DNA of 52,566 nt, from positions 1-52,566 of the forward strand of contig JAUMXR010000002.1 in NCBI GenBank assembly GCA_030528995.1. Reading direction: 5' to 3'. Positions 1-10,013 of the stretch are shown here, in pieces. The notes beneath the pieces are model-generated. The model ran no database searches. It was not told the DNA's origin and saw only the letters and a list, made by a program, of their open reading frames with translations. Position 1 is the first letter of the stretch; each line of letters opens with the position of its first letter. The DNA comes from Candidatus Saccharimonadota bacterium (lineage in GTDB: Bacteria > Patescibacteriota > Saccharimonadia > Saccharimonadales > Saccharimonadaceae). The position numbers and the translations under genes are program-made.

Positions 1-11
1 TTTTCGATATA

Positions 12-1157
12 GTGGCCGAAAAACTCTTCGCGGAATATCTCGTGAGATATATTCTCTTTGACGAGAAACCTATCGCCACCCCGGCACTCTGGCAAGATGC
101 TGTCATCTATATCAGATTTAGACAGCGCGATGTCTGGTCTCTGAACGAGGAGCAAATCAAAAACGCCAAATACGCAATCCTGACCTATCAGGTTATCTAC
201 ACTATTGAGCATCTCAAGAAGCCTGAAATTCTGAAAATCCTCAATCAATTCTTCGCCCAAACTCCCAGAGGGCACGAAGATATTTTTAAGCTGTTCGAGT
301 ACAAATTCCACGCCTCGCTTGACACCTTAATCTTTACTCAAGAAAAACTTACCGTCACCAAAGACATGGCGGATAATCTCAGTCAACTTTTCGCATATCC
401 GTGCTGGCTCGATTTCACCGACGAGGCCAACCGGCTCATTTTTGACAAGATCCTACAAGGCAAACTTTCCGACGAACAAATCGATTATTTCCTCGGCGCC
501 AGTGATGATATAGCGCACTACGATCAGTGGTTTAAGGTCGTGAAGCATATTTTGAAAACCACCCACGATTCTCACGTTTTCTGGACCGCCGGCGATGTCC
601 TTTCCATTATTTGGAAAGCCGTGCCATCGGATGAAAAATCGCAAAAATGGTTCCGCGATGAAGTGTTCGATATCTTCTGGCCTCGCGTCGGTAGCGTTTG
701 GCCACTACTGAATGAAGACAAGATTGACTTCGAGCATGATGAAGATTCAAGGATTTTACGAGACTCCATCGGTTGGCTCCAGGTTTTGGAAGATATAAAT
801 GAACGTCTCCCAGAACTTGGCGATGGCTACGTCATTTTCGAGCACGACACCGACCCGGATGAGTTTACTCGCCACGAAAGCACTCTATTGAAAAAGTTCA
901 GCTCACACGACAAGAACATAGACGAATTACTTAATCTATTCTTCATCCTGACCGACTATGCCTATGATGACGCCTCTGTTTCAAAACTCCAGAATATCGC
1001 CGAAGATAAGCTAATTCCTCTCGTCGAAAGCACCCCAGACGCCCCCGCTAATGCCATCAAGCTAGCTCGTCGCGCCGTCAAGCATGCCAAGACCTACGTC
1101 GCAAATCTTGCCCGCGAACGCGATAATCTCGCCAAAAATCTCGTTAACAATAAATAA
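12..1157 (+). CDS. hypothetical protein (possibly 5'-truncated by window edge)
   Basis: 381-aa ORF. No in-frame stop upstream of the GTG at 12, so it may begin before the window. No motif recognised. Confidence 0.75.
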   Translation: MAEKLFAEYLVRYILFDEKPIATPALWQDAVIYIRFRQRDVWSLNEEQIKNAKYAILTYQVIYTIEHLKKPEILKILNQFFAQTPRGHEDIFKLFEYKFHASLDTLIFTQEKLTVTKDMADNLSQLFAYPCWLDFTDEANRLIFDKILQGKLSDEQIDYFLGASDDIAHYDQWFKVVKHILKTTHDSHVFWTAGDVLSIIWKAVPSDEKSQKWFRDEVFDIFWPRVGSVWPLLNEDKIDFEHDEDSRILRDSIGWLQVLEDINERLPELGDGYVIFEHDTDPDEFTRHESTLLKKFSSHDKNIDELLNLFFILTDYAYDDASVSKLQNIAEDKLIPLVESTPDAPANAIKLARRAVKHAKTYVANLARERDNLAKNLVNNK

Positions 1158-1634
1158 TTACTTTTTCTTTCTTCCGAACAGTTTCGCAAGATGTGCGCCG
1201 TAGCTCGCTTTTTCCGCTACGTCAATCACATTTCCCGCGCCCGGGACCTTCCGCACTTCATCGTAGGCTTTTTGATGCACCGCCGCCCGTGTCGGCACGA
1301 CTCTTCTCAGCGCATCGTCTGCCGCGCTTTCTAGCGCGCCTGCTGCCACGCCTCCGGCAATTGTTTTGCTGATACCACTGGTGTCAACTTTTGGCGCCGC
1401 TGTGTTGGGCGCGCATTTCGTCGCGATTTCCGTAAACAAGTCTAAGTATTGTTGATTGAGCGGGCTCTTCTGGAACTCCGCCTCAAATTCCCCCGCATCC
1501 TTACTTTTCTCCCCCAGTTTATCTATTTCAGCAAACAGCGCGTCAATTTTCTTTTGCATTTCTGCGTCAACCTTATAGCTCGCCGAAAACGCATTCTTCC
1601 GCGCGTCGATGCTTTGTTTAATTAATTTATCCAT
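1158..1634 (-). CDS. hypothetical protein
   Basis: 158-aa ORF with TGnTATAAT 6 nt upstream of the ATG. Abuts the stop of the previous gene. Confidence 0.8.
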   Translation of the reverse strand: MDKLIKQSIDARKNAFSASYKVDAEMQKKIDALFAEIDKLGEKSKDAGEFEAEFQKSPLNQQYLDLFTEIATKCAPNTAAPKVDTSGISKTIAGGVAAGALESAADDALRRVVPTRAAVHQKAYDEVRKVPGAGNVIDVAEKASYGAHLAKLFGRKKK

Positions 1635-1732
1635 AGTTCAATTATATCATTATTTACATATCTTGCTTTCACTTCATCGGAAAGTGACGCAAGCTTAAAT
1701 TATGAATAAATTATGAAAATATTATAAAAGTA

Positions 1733-1761
1733 TTTACATAAATAAAAAAGTGTGTTAAAAT
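1733..1761 (+). promoter_or_regulatory. sigma70-type promoter, leaderless
   Basis: TTTACA(1733)-17 nt-TAAAAT(1756) with extended TG; ATG 6 nt downstream. Confidence 0.6.
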
Positions 1762-1767
1762 TACAAC

Positions 1768-2568
1768 ATGAAAAGAGTTTTTATTACCCCACAACAATTA
1801 GCAAAACGCACTAAAGAGACTGCGAGGACGGTTTCTTTGCGCATTAAAGAAAAGACTTGGCTTGGATTTGAGCAATTAGCAAAGGAGAATAAAACAACTG
1901 CCAACGCGCTCTTAGGTGAGCTAGCGGATTATTATATCGAAAGTCTCGATAATAATAATCTCGATCTATCTGAAGAAGCCGTTCTTTTCAATAAGTATAA
2001 AACATTTTTAGAAAAAGAAGTACGGAAGATATGCAGATGGTCAATTGATGATTCTGTCGTGGACGTTAATTTTGAATACGCCCATGCCCATATCGCAAAA
2101 GATGAACTCCGCCGTTCTTATTTAAGCAATTTAAAACTTGTTTTTCAAGAAATGTGTGTTTTTGAAGACGGGAGAGAGTATAATAATCCGGGGTTCGATT
2201 ATGGTACCTATTTAGAAAAAGACATTTCGGTGATCCCTACTCTTAAAAAAGAAGCATCTTATAATGTGCACGCATTTGACCCCGCACATTCCGCCCAAAA
2301 CGTTTTGAGTATCCCACTCGAGAAAGCTCCGGATATTATCTCTCTTTTACTGAGCGTAAAAAACTACGTCAAGAACAATATGTTATATATTGAGTTCGAT
2401 ATTGAAAGTATGGATAGAATCGTGGAAATGATTAATGAACATGACTACAAATATATTGAAACAAATTATGTAAATAGATCACCAGAAATAAAATACGACG
2501 AAGAAGAAAGAAAAGCCATGCTTCATGGCCTCGCTCAAATCATCTTCGAATCAACAGGAGCAATTTAA
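1768..2568 (+). CDS. hypothetical protein with putative N-terminal ribbon-helix-helix domain
   Basis: 266 aa. TVSLRIKEKTWLGFEQLAKENKTTANALLGELADYY fits the RHH strand-helix-helix pattern. Confidence 0.6.
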   Translation: MKRVFITPQQLAKRTKETARTVSLRIKEKTWLGFEQLAKENKTTANALLGELADYYIESLDNNNLDLSEEAVLFNKYKTFLEKEVRKICRWSIDDSVVDVNFEYAHAHIAKDELRRSYLSNLKLVFQEMCVFEDGREYNNPGFDYGTYLEKDISVIPTLKKEASYNVHAFDPAHSAQNVLSIPLEKAPDIISLLLSVKNYVKNNMLYIEFDIESMDRIVEMINEHDYKYIETNYVNRSPEIKYDEEERKAMLHGLAQIIFESTGAI

Positions 2569-2570
2569 AT

Positions 2571-2921
2571 ATGGAAACATCGGATATTAAAGTACCAAGT
2601 AACTGGCTTAGCTATTATCTCACCGGGACGGGCAAAATCGCCGGAGTTAAAAGAGAAGAGCTCCTTGAGGGTGATGCTCAACAGCGACGAGAACTCATCG
2701 GAAATTCGTTTAGTACCCCAAAGGAAGCATCGCACGCCAAAGCAAAACTCGAAGCTCTTAACAGGCTCAAGCCATACACAGTAAGAGAGTTTAAAATGGA
2801 TTACAACACGCCAACCATAATTACGAAGTTCAAGATACCCGATCGGGAATATCATCTCCTTCAGGGTGATATTGCTCTGCTGGCTGATTACGGACCCAAT
2901 ACTGAAGTGTTTGACTGGTAA
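2571..2921 (+). CDS. hypothetical protein
   Basis: 116-aa ORF 2 nt after the upstream stop, with an AGGAG SD. Confidence 0.7.
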   Translation: METSDIKVPSNWLSYYLTGTGKIAGVKREELLEGDAQQRRELIGNSFSTPKEASHAKAKLEALNRLKPYTVREFKMDYNTPTIITKFKIPDREYHLLQGDIALLADYGPNTEVFDW

Positions 2922-2945
2922 GAGTGAAGTGAGAGGAAAAACAGA

Positions 2946-3224
2946 ATGCATAACCCAGTAATTGAAATCACTAAACATTTCAAAAAGCGTTTTTATCAAA
3001 GACAAGCCCGCACCAAAAGAGTGCAGGACTTCGCAAGGGATGCTTATCTGTATGGAGAAGACGTATCGGACCTAGACTATAAGGTTTACGCCAAAAAACT
3101 GAATCATAAAGAACGTGCTTACGGTACATATGCCAAAATCTATCACGGTTTTGTGTACTGGTTTAAGGGTAATGTCGCTATCACGATTTATCCAATTCCT
3201 CAAAAGGTTCACAAAAAGATTTAA
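2946..3224 (+). CDS. small basic hypothetical protein (DUF4258/toxin-like N-terminus)
   Basis: 92 aa with a GAGGA SD. EITKHFKKRFYQR start and AITIYP end resemble DUF4258-like small proteins. Confidence 0.55.
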   Translation: MHNPVIEITKHFKKRFYQRQARTKRVQDFARDAYLYGEDVSDLDYKVYAKKLNHKERAYGTYAKIYHGFVYWFKGNVAITIYPIPQKVHKKI

Positions 3225-3299
3225 ACAATAGTAATGGTTTGCAGTCGAAGAGTTCTCTTTTCTTTCGACGAGCATTGATATCTTTCATTTTACAAAATC

Positions 3300-4007
3300 T
3301 TATTTCGGCATTGCGAAAAGAATAATTAAAGCCACTGTAACCAACAAAAGGATAAAACCAAGACAGCACATTGCGATAGCATGGTTTTTAAGGGTTTTAT
3401 CCTTTTTTAATTCTTGAGGCATTTTATGATGCGACACTAATTCGCCAATCAATAATACTACAGCTACCGTAAATGGGATAAAACCAATACCAATAGCAAT
3501 TACAATTGCCCAACCGGCACCAGAACAACCAGAAGCGGAACAATTCCTAAAGCTACCTACAAAATAGGTTGTTACGACAACCGCGATAATTGCAATTATT
3601 GCAAAGCACTCCGTCACTTTAGCTTTAATAACATAATCACGCTTATCTACTTCTTGCGTCCGTGCATGTACGACGTTGGATGTTTTTCTATACTGTATTG
3701 TCTCCCAAATCGCCCACAGCCAACTAGCAAATAATAGCGTCGGCGGCAAAAAACTACTGACGTTAAATGGGAACACGCACAACGCAATCACCGTCATGAT
3801 AAAATGTATGCAACCATAATCGTGACGCCCAGCGCTAAAGTCGTGAATACCTAACCAGCCAAAAAACAAAGCCAAAAGACCGTAAGATCTCGGCGAAATC
3901 TTCTCTTGCCGACTGTCGCTGCTATCAACCGCAGACTCTTGGGAATCAACCAAACCATCATCTTGGTTTTCATCTGAATTCAATTCTCGATCATCACTTG
4001 CATCCAT
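3300..4007 (-). CDS. TM2 (NINE) domain membrane protein
   Basis: YGLLALFFGWLGIHDFSAG TM2 motif and several TM helices. Start moved from 4043 to ATG 4007, which has TATAAT 7 nt upstream. Confidence 0.75.
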   Translation of the reverse strand: MDASDDRELNSDENQDDGLVDSQESAVDSSDSRQEKISPRSYGLLALFFGWLGIHDFSAGRHDYGCIHFIMTVIALCVFPFNVSSFLPPTLLFASWLWAIWETIQYRKTSNVVHARTQEVDKRDYVIKAKVTECFAIIAIIAVVVTTYFVGSFRNCSASGCSGAGWAIVIAIGIGFIPFTVAVVLLIGELVSHHKMPQELKKDKTLKNHAIAMCCLGFILLLVTVALIILFAMPK

Positions 4008-4049
4008 GCTTATTATTATACCCGTGCTTGATGTATTATTCAAATAATC

Positions 4050-4478
4050 TCAGTCGTTCTCATTATACTTTGTCAAAAATCTCAGCGCCTTTTTTGCCAT
4101 TTCCGGATCTCGCGGATCCATTTTAAAATACCCATCCAGGACATAGTTCTGTTCCAGTACAGCCTTTTCTGCCTCAAACAAATTATCGTCAAACCACACA
4201 AAATCCGAGTCCATGTCAATCGCATCGGTTTTCAGTGGTCCCCAATCAGTCGGCAAAACTTTCTGGCAAAGTTCTTCAACAAACTCTTCTGGAAACTCAC
4301 CTTTCAGCGCATAGTAAACATGATTTTCCCCGCCACGACAATGTGTGGTGAGCCAATAAACCGCTCCCGGATAATTGTCCATACAGAATCTCAGAAGTGC
4401 CATTACATCCTCTTTTGGCGAGGCTACACCTCTAATTACCCCGTCAATATCAAAATAAATCTTATCTATTTTCTGCAT
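4050..4478 (-). CDS. HAD-superfamily protein
   Basis: IYFDIDGV motif I, WLTTH motif II, WFDD motif IV. Confidence 0.75.
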   Translation of the reverse strand: MQKIDKIYFDIDGVIRGVASPKEDVMALLRFCMDNYPGAVYWLTTHCRGGENHVYYALKGEFPEEFVEELCQKVLPTDWGPLKTDAIDMDSDFVWFDDNLFEAEKAVLEQNYVLDGYFKMDPRDPEMAKKALRFLTKYNEND

Positions 4479-4586
4479 GATACTAATATATTACCACGCA
4501 GTATCATAATATTACAGCAACAAAAAAGGGCGGTGCCCCGCATAAATCCAATGCAAATCCTGCCCTCGATACAATTATTATTACAT

Positions 4587-4629
4587 AAAAAAAGATAGGA
4601 CCCATCTATTCCGAGATAGGTCCTATCTT
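4587..4629 (-). terminator. rho-independent terminator
   Basis: AAGATAGGACC...GGTCCTATCTT stem (4592-4629) followed by a U-run on the minus strand. Confidence 0.65.
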
Positions 4630-4649
4630 GTTATCCATATTATAACAGA

Positions 4650-4850
4650 TTATTTAGTATAATCAATAACTTTTTTCGATTTCGTGACAATTAGCATTTT
4701 ACGAATTTGCTTAATCTTGTAAAACTGTTTTTCCAATTCTTTTATGCACTTTGCCTGGTGTATTCTAATCCTAGCTAAATCTATAATGATGTTTTCCGAC
4801 TGCCTGCTAGCCTTTTTCAAAGTGTTTTCTAGCAGCCGCCAATGTTTAGC
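4650..4850 (-). pseudogene. C-terminal fragment of a CdiA-CT-like (PD-(D/E)XK) nuclease
   Basis: LENTLKKASRQSENIIIDLARI...KMLIVTKSKKVID resembles the C-terminal half of CdiA tRNase-like domains. No credible start and no catalytic N-terminal half. Confidence 0.45.
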
Positions 4851-4863
4851 ACAAGAACTATAG

Positions 4864-5277
4864 CTATTCCCCCAGCACCCTCTTCGCGAGTTCATACTTC
4901 TTCCTCCGCTCCTCATTCAACCCACTCGCCCGCTTCGGGTCAGTGTTGTTCGCAAGATCCGCCAGTTTCACCTGCTTTGCCAAAGGGTTCTCCTTCACCC
5001 GCCGAAGATACGATTCGTATTCCTCATCCTCCGGCTTCGTCAAAAGCTGCACCGCCTCCACGATATGTTTCGGAATTCCCTTTTCTAGCAAATACTCCGC
5101 CGTCACATCCGTGTCTTCAATCGTATCATGTAGAACCGCAATGGTCTTGAGCTCCAACGAATCCAGAAGCCCCGCCACCGCCAACGGATGCAAAATATAC
5201 GCCACCCCATTCTTATCCACCTGCCCCTTATGCGCCTTCACGGCAATTTCTAACGCTGTTTCGAAAACTGAGTTCAT
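4864..5277 (-). CDS. HD-domain protein, RelA/SpoT hydrolase-like (Mesh1/SAH type)
   Basis: AHKGQVDK, YILHP, LHDTIEDT and VKLADL motifs. Confidence 0.85.
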   Translation of the reverse strand: MNSVFETALEIAVKAHKGQVDKNGVAYILHPLAVAGLLDSLELKTIAVLHDTIEDTDVTAEYLLEKGIPKHIVEAVQLLTKPEDEEYESYLRRVKENPLAKQVKLADLANNTDPKRASGLNEERRKKYELAKRVLGE

Positions 5278-5471
5278 ATACTATATATTATATCATGTTT
5301 AGCACTACCACTATAGCTGTGCTATAATTATCCTATAAAAACAGTACGTCTCTGATATTCTCAGGACGGTCCCAGAAACAAAACCACGAACGCCCCCAAG
5401 TACATTCTCGCGAACAAACCCCAAAACAACCCAAAAATCTTGCGAAGATTTAATAAAATCACACAAAACTA

Positions 5472-5500
5472 TTGACTTTTGTTGCCAAACGTGCTAAAAT
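5472..5500 (+). promoter_or_regulatory. BREX operon promoter (leaderless)
   Basis: TTGACT(5472)-17 nt-TAAAAT(5495) with extended TG; ATG at 5508 lies 7 nt downstream. Confidence 0.7.
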
Positions 5501-5507
5501 CAGATAC

Positions 5508-6125
5508 ATGAAGGCAAAAATTACACAACAAGATTATTCAGCTTCCCTCACCGCAGAGCCACTATTATATAGCGAAACCAAGACTCTAGCGGAGCTTTTG
5601 CTACAAGGTGAGTCACTAGAATCAATCAAGCAACGCAATCTACAAGAAAATCTTATCATGCATAAGCGTACCGGTAGCTTAAAACGCGTAACCACGCCCA
5701 TCATCCGTCGTCTTAAAGCCATGTCAGATGATATCTTGCAAGCCTTCCTTGAATCCGACGATTACAACGCCAAAATCATCCTACTATATATTATATGCAA
5801 CACGGACCGCCTAGTCCGCGATTTTATTACCAATGTCTATGGCGACAAAGTTCTCATCCAATCCGACAAAATCGTCAAAGCCGACATCGAGCAGTATTTC
5901 GAATCCGTCTATTCCGAATCCGACAAGCTCCTAAACTGTAGCGACCTGACCAAAGCCAAACTTAAGCAGACCCTCATGAAAATCCTCGCCGACGCCGGCC
6001 TCGTCATCAAGCAAAACGACGAATTCATCATTACCCGTCCCATCCTCGGTGAGCAAACCCGTAGCGTCATCCACGCCGACGGTGGCGACTATTTTCTAAA
6101 AGCCATAGGAGAAATCTCATGTTAA
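5508..6125 (+). CDS. brxA: BREX protein BrxA (DUF1819)
   Basis: YSASLTAEPLLYSETK, IIRRL and SDLTKAKLKQTLMKILADAGL motifs; first gene of the BREX order. The TTG at 5472 is the -35 box, so the start is moved to 5508. Confidence 0.85.
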   Translation: MKAKITQQDYSASLTAEPLLYSETKTLAELLLQGESLESIKQRNLQENLIMHKRTGSLKRVTTPIIRRLKAMSDDILQAFLESDDYNAKIILLYIICNTDRLVRDFITNVYGDKVLIQSDKIVKADIEQYFESVYSESDKLLNCSDLTKAKLKQTLMKILADAGLVIKQNDEFIITRPILGEQTRSVIHADGGDYFLKAIGEISC

Positions 6126-6682
6126 ATATAAGTGACCGCCTCAAAGAACTCAAGCGCAAAGTCCAGTCCGACGATTTGCAGAAAGGTCGTGGTCTCGGTG
6201 GCGAAGTTAATTACTACATTTTCGACTACGACCCCGCAGACGAATACGAAGTCATGGATTACATCGGCAAACTCGCGAGCGACAACGACCAAATCGTTAT
6301 TATCAATATCCACGATGTCATCACGGACATCTTAAAATCCAAAAACTACTTAGACAAAGTCTACGACCTCGAGTCTAAGAAATCCACCCAGCACGCCGCC
6401 ACCGCCATCATGCGGGCTCTAAGCGTCGAAAACAAAGACGGTCTCCTCAGGCAAGAAATCAGAAACCGCATCCCAGAAGGTAAGACCATCTTCCTCACCG
6501 GCATCGGCGAATCCTATCGCATTATCCGCGCTCATACTTTACTAGCCAACCTCCAGGTCACCGTCACCGAAAACCCCGTCATCCTCTTTTATCCAGGCAA
6601 ATACGACGGTCAAAGCTTAAAATTATTTGGTAAATTCCCTGCCACCAATTATTACAGGGCAGATAAACTCGTCGAAAGATAA
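6119..6682 (+). CDS. brxB: BREX protein BrxB (DUF1788)
   Basis: GLGGEVNYYIFDYDP, LFYPGKYDGQSLKLFG and NYYRA motifs. Confidence 0.92.
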   Translation: MLNISDRLKELKRKVQSDDLQKGRGLGGEVNYYIFDYDPADEYEVMDYIGKLASDNDQIVIINIHDVITDILKSKNYLDKVYDLESKKSTQHAATAIMRALSVENKDGLLRQEIRNRIPEGKTIFLTGIGESYRIIRAHTLLANLQVTVTENPVILFYPGKYDGQSLKLFGKFPATNYYRADKLVER

Positions 6683-6698
6683 GAAAGAAAGGACTATT

Positions 6699-9600
6699 AT
6701 GATACTAAAAGATATATTTAAGAAAGACATCAACCGTAGCATCCAAGGTGTAATCAAGGTTGATAACGATGACACTAATGTCATCAAACAGGAATTAGAA
6801 GAATACGTTGTCACCGGCGAAATCGAGCGCCACTTCAACGAATTCTACGACGCCTACACCACCAGCCTCGGCACTAACCGCACCGAAAATATGGCAGTTT
6901 GGATTAGTGGCTTCTTTGGTTCAGGTAAATCTCACTTCCTCAAAATGCTTGCCTACCTCCTCGAAAACAGAAACATTGATGGCAAAAATGCCGTTGATTA
7001 TTTCGAGCCCAAGATCAAAGACGCCATGCTCTTTGGCAACATCAAGCGTTCAGGCGTCACTACTTCCGATGTCATCCTTTTTAATATCGACACCAAAGCC
7101 GGTCTAGAAAACACCACACAGAAAGACCGCATTTTGAAAGTCCTCGAAAACGTCTTCAACGAGAAACTCGGCTACTCCCATATTAATTATGTCGCCGATA
7201 TCGAGCGTTATCTCGACGAAAACGGCAAATACGACGAATTCAAATCCAAATTTGAAGAAGGTTGGGAAAACGTTCGCAACGATTTCGATTTCGAGCAAGA
7301 CCGCATCGCCGAAGCCTACGCCGAAGTTATGAATACCACCACCGAAGAAGCCAATCGTATCTTCGATTCCCGTCGCGATAATCACGACATTTCTCCCGAG
7401 AAATTCGCCGAACGCATCCAGAAATACATCGAAGAAAAAGGAGGCGACCACCACGTCATCTTTCTCATCGATGAAATCGGCCAATACATCGGAGATCAAG
7501 GTAGTCTCATGCTCAATCTTCAATCCATCGTTGAGGAACTCGGTGTCCGCACTGGCGGCAAAGCCTGGGTAGTTTGTACCAGCCAGGAGGCCATTGATGA
7601 AGTCGTCAAAAGCGAGAGGTTCAAGCGCAATGACTTCTCCAAGATTCTTGGTCGCTTTGATACCAAAATCAAACTAGCTTCCACCGACATCGAAGAGGTC
7701 ATCAAAGCTCGCCTCCTTGAAAAAACCGATGCCGCCGCCGACACCTTGCGTGCTCGCTACGAACAGGATGGTGCCGACATTCGCAACTCTTTCTCCTTCT
7801 CTGCCAGCACCCAAACTCAGAAGCTTTACAAGGATACCGACGATTTCATCGCCACCTATCCATACATTCCATATCAATTCGCTCTAGTCCAGAATACCTA
7901 CACTTATATCCGCACCAAAGGCTTCGCTGGCGCCCATCTTTCCTCTGGCGCTCGTTCCCTGCTTAGCGCCGTCCAAGAGACAGCCATCAAGAATCAAAAT
8001 GCCGAAATCGGCGCACTTATTCCTTTCTCGGCTTTCTATGACACCATTAGCACTGCAGTAGATTCTTCCGTCGAGCAAATCATCACCCGCGCTGAAGCGC
8101 TCGCCATCGAAGGTAAACTCAATCAAGAAGATATCCCTATTCTAAAGACTCTCTTCATGCTTCGTGGCTCCAACACCCTTCCGCCGACCATCGAAAACAT
8201 CACTACCCTGGAGCTCACCCAGCTCGGCGAAGACAAACTCGAGCTAGAAAAGCGCATTAAAGCCAGTCTCCGTCGTCTTGAAGATGAAGTCTTCATCCAA
8301 AAAAGCGGCGATAACTACAATTTCTTAACCGACGAAGAGCAAGAAATCAATCGCGCCATCCAAGACGAAAACGTCAACCCAGATGAAGTCAACGAGCGCA
8401 TCGGTGGTATCGTCCTCGGTCTTTGCGAAGGCAATAAGTTCAATTATCAAGATAAACGCATCTTCTCTACTGACTACTACCTCAACGATCGCAAACTTAC
8501 CGCCGGTAACAACGACATCTGCCTCGTCTTTACCACTTCCGCCGAAAATGCCAAAAACCAATCAATTATCAACGTAGATCAAGCCTACATTGCCATCGAG
8601 CCAAGCGACGAGACGCAAGATCTCTTACGTCGCGCTATCAGAATTGAGAAATTCCAACGCAAAAACTCCGGCATTGCGAAATCCGAAGATCGTCAAAGAA
8701 TCATCAACGCCAGAGTTAACGAGATGAACGCCATGAGAGATAAAGTCCGTGCCGACATCGCCGACTATCTCGAATCCGCCCCAGTCTATATCGGTGGAGG
8801 CCAAATCGACATCCCGAGCGCCGACCCCAAATCACGTCTCAAACTCATCCAAAGTGAGCTAGTCAAAAACACTTTCACTAAGCTCGACTTCATCAAATCC
8901 AAAAAAACCACCTCCGACGCCCGTACCCTTCTCAATAAATCAAAAGAAGAAGTAGTAACGCCAGTCAATCCCGAAGCCACCGAAGCTGTCTTTGAGTTCA
9001 TCAATGAGCGCGCTATCAATCATTACCCACAAACCCAGCTCTCCGACCTCATCAGTCAGTTCGCCAAGCGCCCCTACGGCTTTGATACTGACGACGTAGT
9101 TTATCTGGTTGCTTCGCTTACTCGCGACGGCAAATTCTCCGTCTCTAAATCTAATTCTACTTTGAGCCTCGGTGAATTATCTAACGCCCTCGCCCAATCC
9201 CGCGAATACGATAATATCTACATCAAAATTCGCGAAAAAGTCGCAAGCGACCTTCTCGCCACCGCTAAAGATGTTTTGAAAAACGCCTTCGAGCGAAGCA
9301 TCCCCACTTCAAACGAAGACGAAGTCACCGAGCAGCTTCGTGATGCTATCGAGGATGCCAAAGATACAGCTAGCAACCTCTTAGTCCGCTATGCTTCATC
9401 TAATAGCTTCAAATACCCAGGCGAAGATGCCGTGAAAAGTGCCGATAAACTCTTACGTGAACTCTTCCAAATCAAAGACAACGCCGAGCTCTTTAACACG
9501 GTAAGCGAAAAAGGCGCCGAAATCATTGCCGTAATGCAAGCTCTCGCTCCAGTTAAAGAATTCTTCAATGGCTCGCAAGTCAAAATCTTTGATGACACCG

Positions 9601-10013
9601 TCAAAGTTATGTCCGATTATGGCGCTCAGTCACTACTCTACACCATAGAAGGTGACGAACCGGCCAAGATCCGTGAGATTTTGACCAATCCTGAACCATA
9701 TCGTAGTATCTCGAATCTCCCAGCTCTCACCACCTCTCTCCGCAACAAACTCGATGAAATTACCGAACGTCTCCGCAAAGCTGAAGAGGAGCGCAGGAAG
9801 CAAGAGGAAGAAGCCCGCAAGCAAGCCGCCGAAGCTGGCACCGATACTCCGGCAGCGACCGTTAAGAAGCATACCATCCGCCCCGGCGATTTAACTACTA
9901 ATGTAAAAACTCGCACTCTAAAATCCGAGCAGGATGTCGATAAACTTCTTTCCGAATTGAAATCATATTTAATGGCACAATTAAACGATAACGACGAATT
10001 GGAGGTCTTCTAA
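6699..10013 (+). CDS. brxC: BREX P-loop ATPase BrxC
   Basis: WISGFFGSGKSHFLK Walker A and FLIDEIGQYI Walker B. ATG 6699 has an AAAGGA SD. Confidence 0.95.
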   Translation: MILKDIFKKDINRSIQGVIKVDNDDTNVIKQELEEYVVTGEIERHFNEFYDAYTTSLGTNRTENMAVWISGFFGSGKSHFLKMLAYLLENRNIDGKNAVDYFEPKIKDAMLFGNIKRSGVTTSDVILFNIDTKAGLENTTQKDRILKVLENVFNEKLGYSHINYVADIERYLDENGKYDEFKSKFEEGWENVRNDFDFEQDRIAEAYAEVMNTTTEEANRIFDSRRDNHDISPEKFAERIQKYIEEKGGDHHVIFLIDEIGQYIGDQGSLMLNLQSIVEELGVRTGGKAWVVCTSQEAIDEVVKSERFKRNDFSKILGRFDTKIKLASTDIEEVIKARLLEKTDAAADTLRARYEQDGADIRNSFSFSASTQTQKLYKDTDDFIATYPYIPYQFALVQNTYTYIRTKGFAGAHLSSGARSLLSAVQETAIKNQNAEIGALIPFSAFYDTISTAVDSSVEQIITRAEALAIEGKLNQEDIPILKTLFMLRGSNTLPPTIENITTLELTQLGEDKLELEKRIKASLRRLEDEVFIQKSGDNYNFLTDEEQEINRAIQDENVNPDEVNERIGGIVLGLCEGNKFNYQDKRIFSTDYYLNDRKLTAGNNDICLVFTTSAENAKNQSIINVDQAYIAIEPSDETQDLLRRAIRIEKFQRKNSGIAKSEDRQRIINARVNEMNAMRDKVRADIADYLESAPVYIGGGQIDIPSADPKSRLKLIQSELVKNTFTKLDFIKSKKTTSDARTLLNKSKEEVVTPVNPEATEAVFEFINERAINHYPQTQLSDLISQFAKRPYGFDTDDVVYLVASLTRDGKFSVSKSNSTLSLGELSNALAQSREYDNIYIKIREKVASDLLATAKDVLKNAFERSIPTSNEDEVTEQLRDAIEDAKDTASNLLVRYASSNSFKYPGEDAVKSADKLLRELFQIKDNAELFNTVSEKGAEIIAVMQALAPVKEFFNGSQVKIFDDTVKVMSDYGAQSLLYTIEGDEPAKIREILTNPEPYRSISNLPALTTSLRNKLDEITERLRKAEEERRKQEEEARKQAAEAGTDTPAATVKKHTIRPGDLTTNVKTRTLKSEQDVDKLLSELKSYLMAQLNDNDELEVF

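Noticed and set aside
4525-4545. GGTGCCC as an att copy of the tRNA-Leu 3' end
   Set aside because: The match is only about 7 nt, which is expected by chance.
4842-5302. + strand ORFs of 102 and 119 aa
   Set aside because: Antisense to the well-supported HD-domain gene.
6627-6698. Extended brxC N-terminus from the ORF track
   Set aside because: Overlaps brxB. ATG 6699 has an SD and gives the typical BrxC start.
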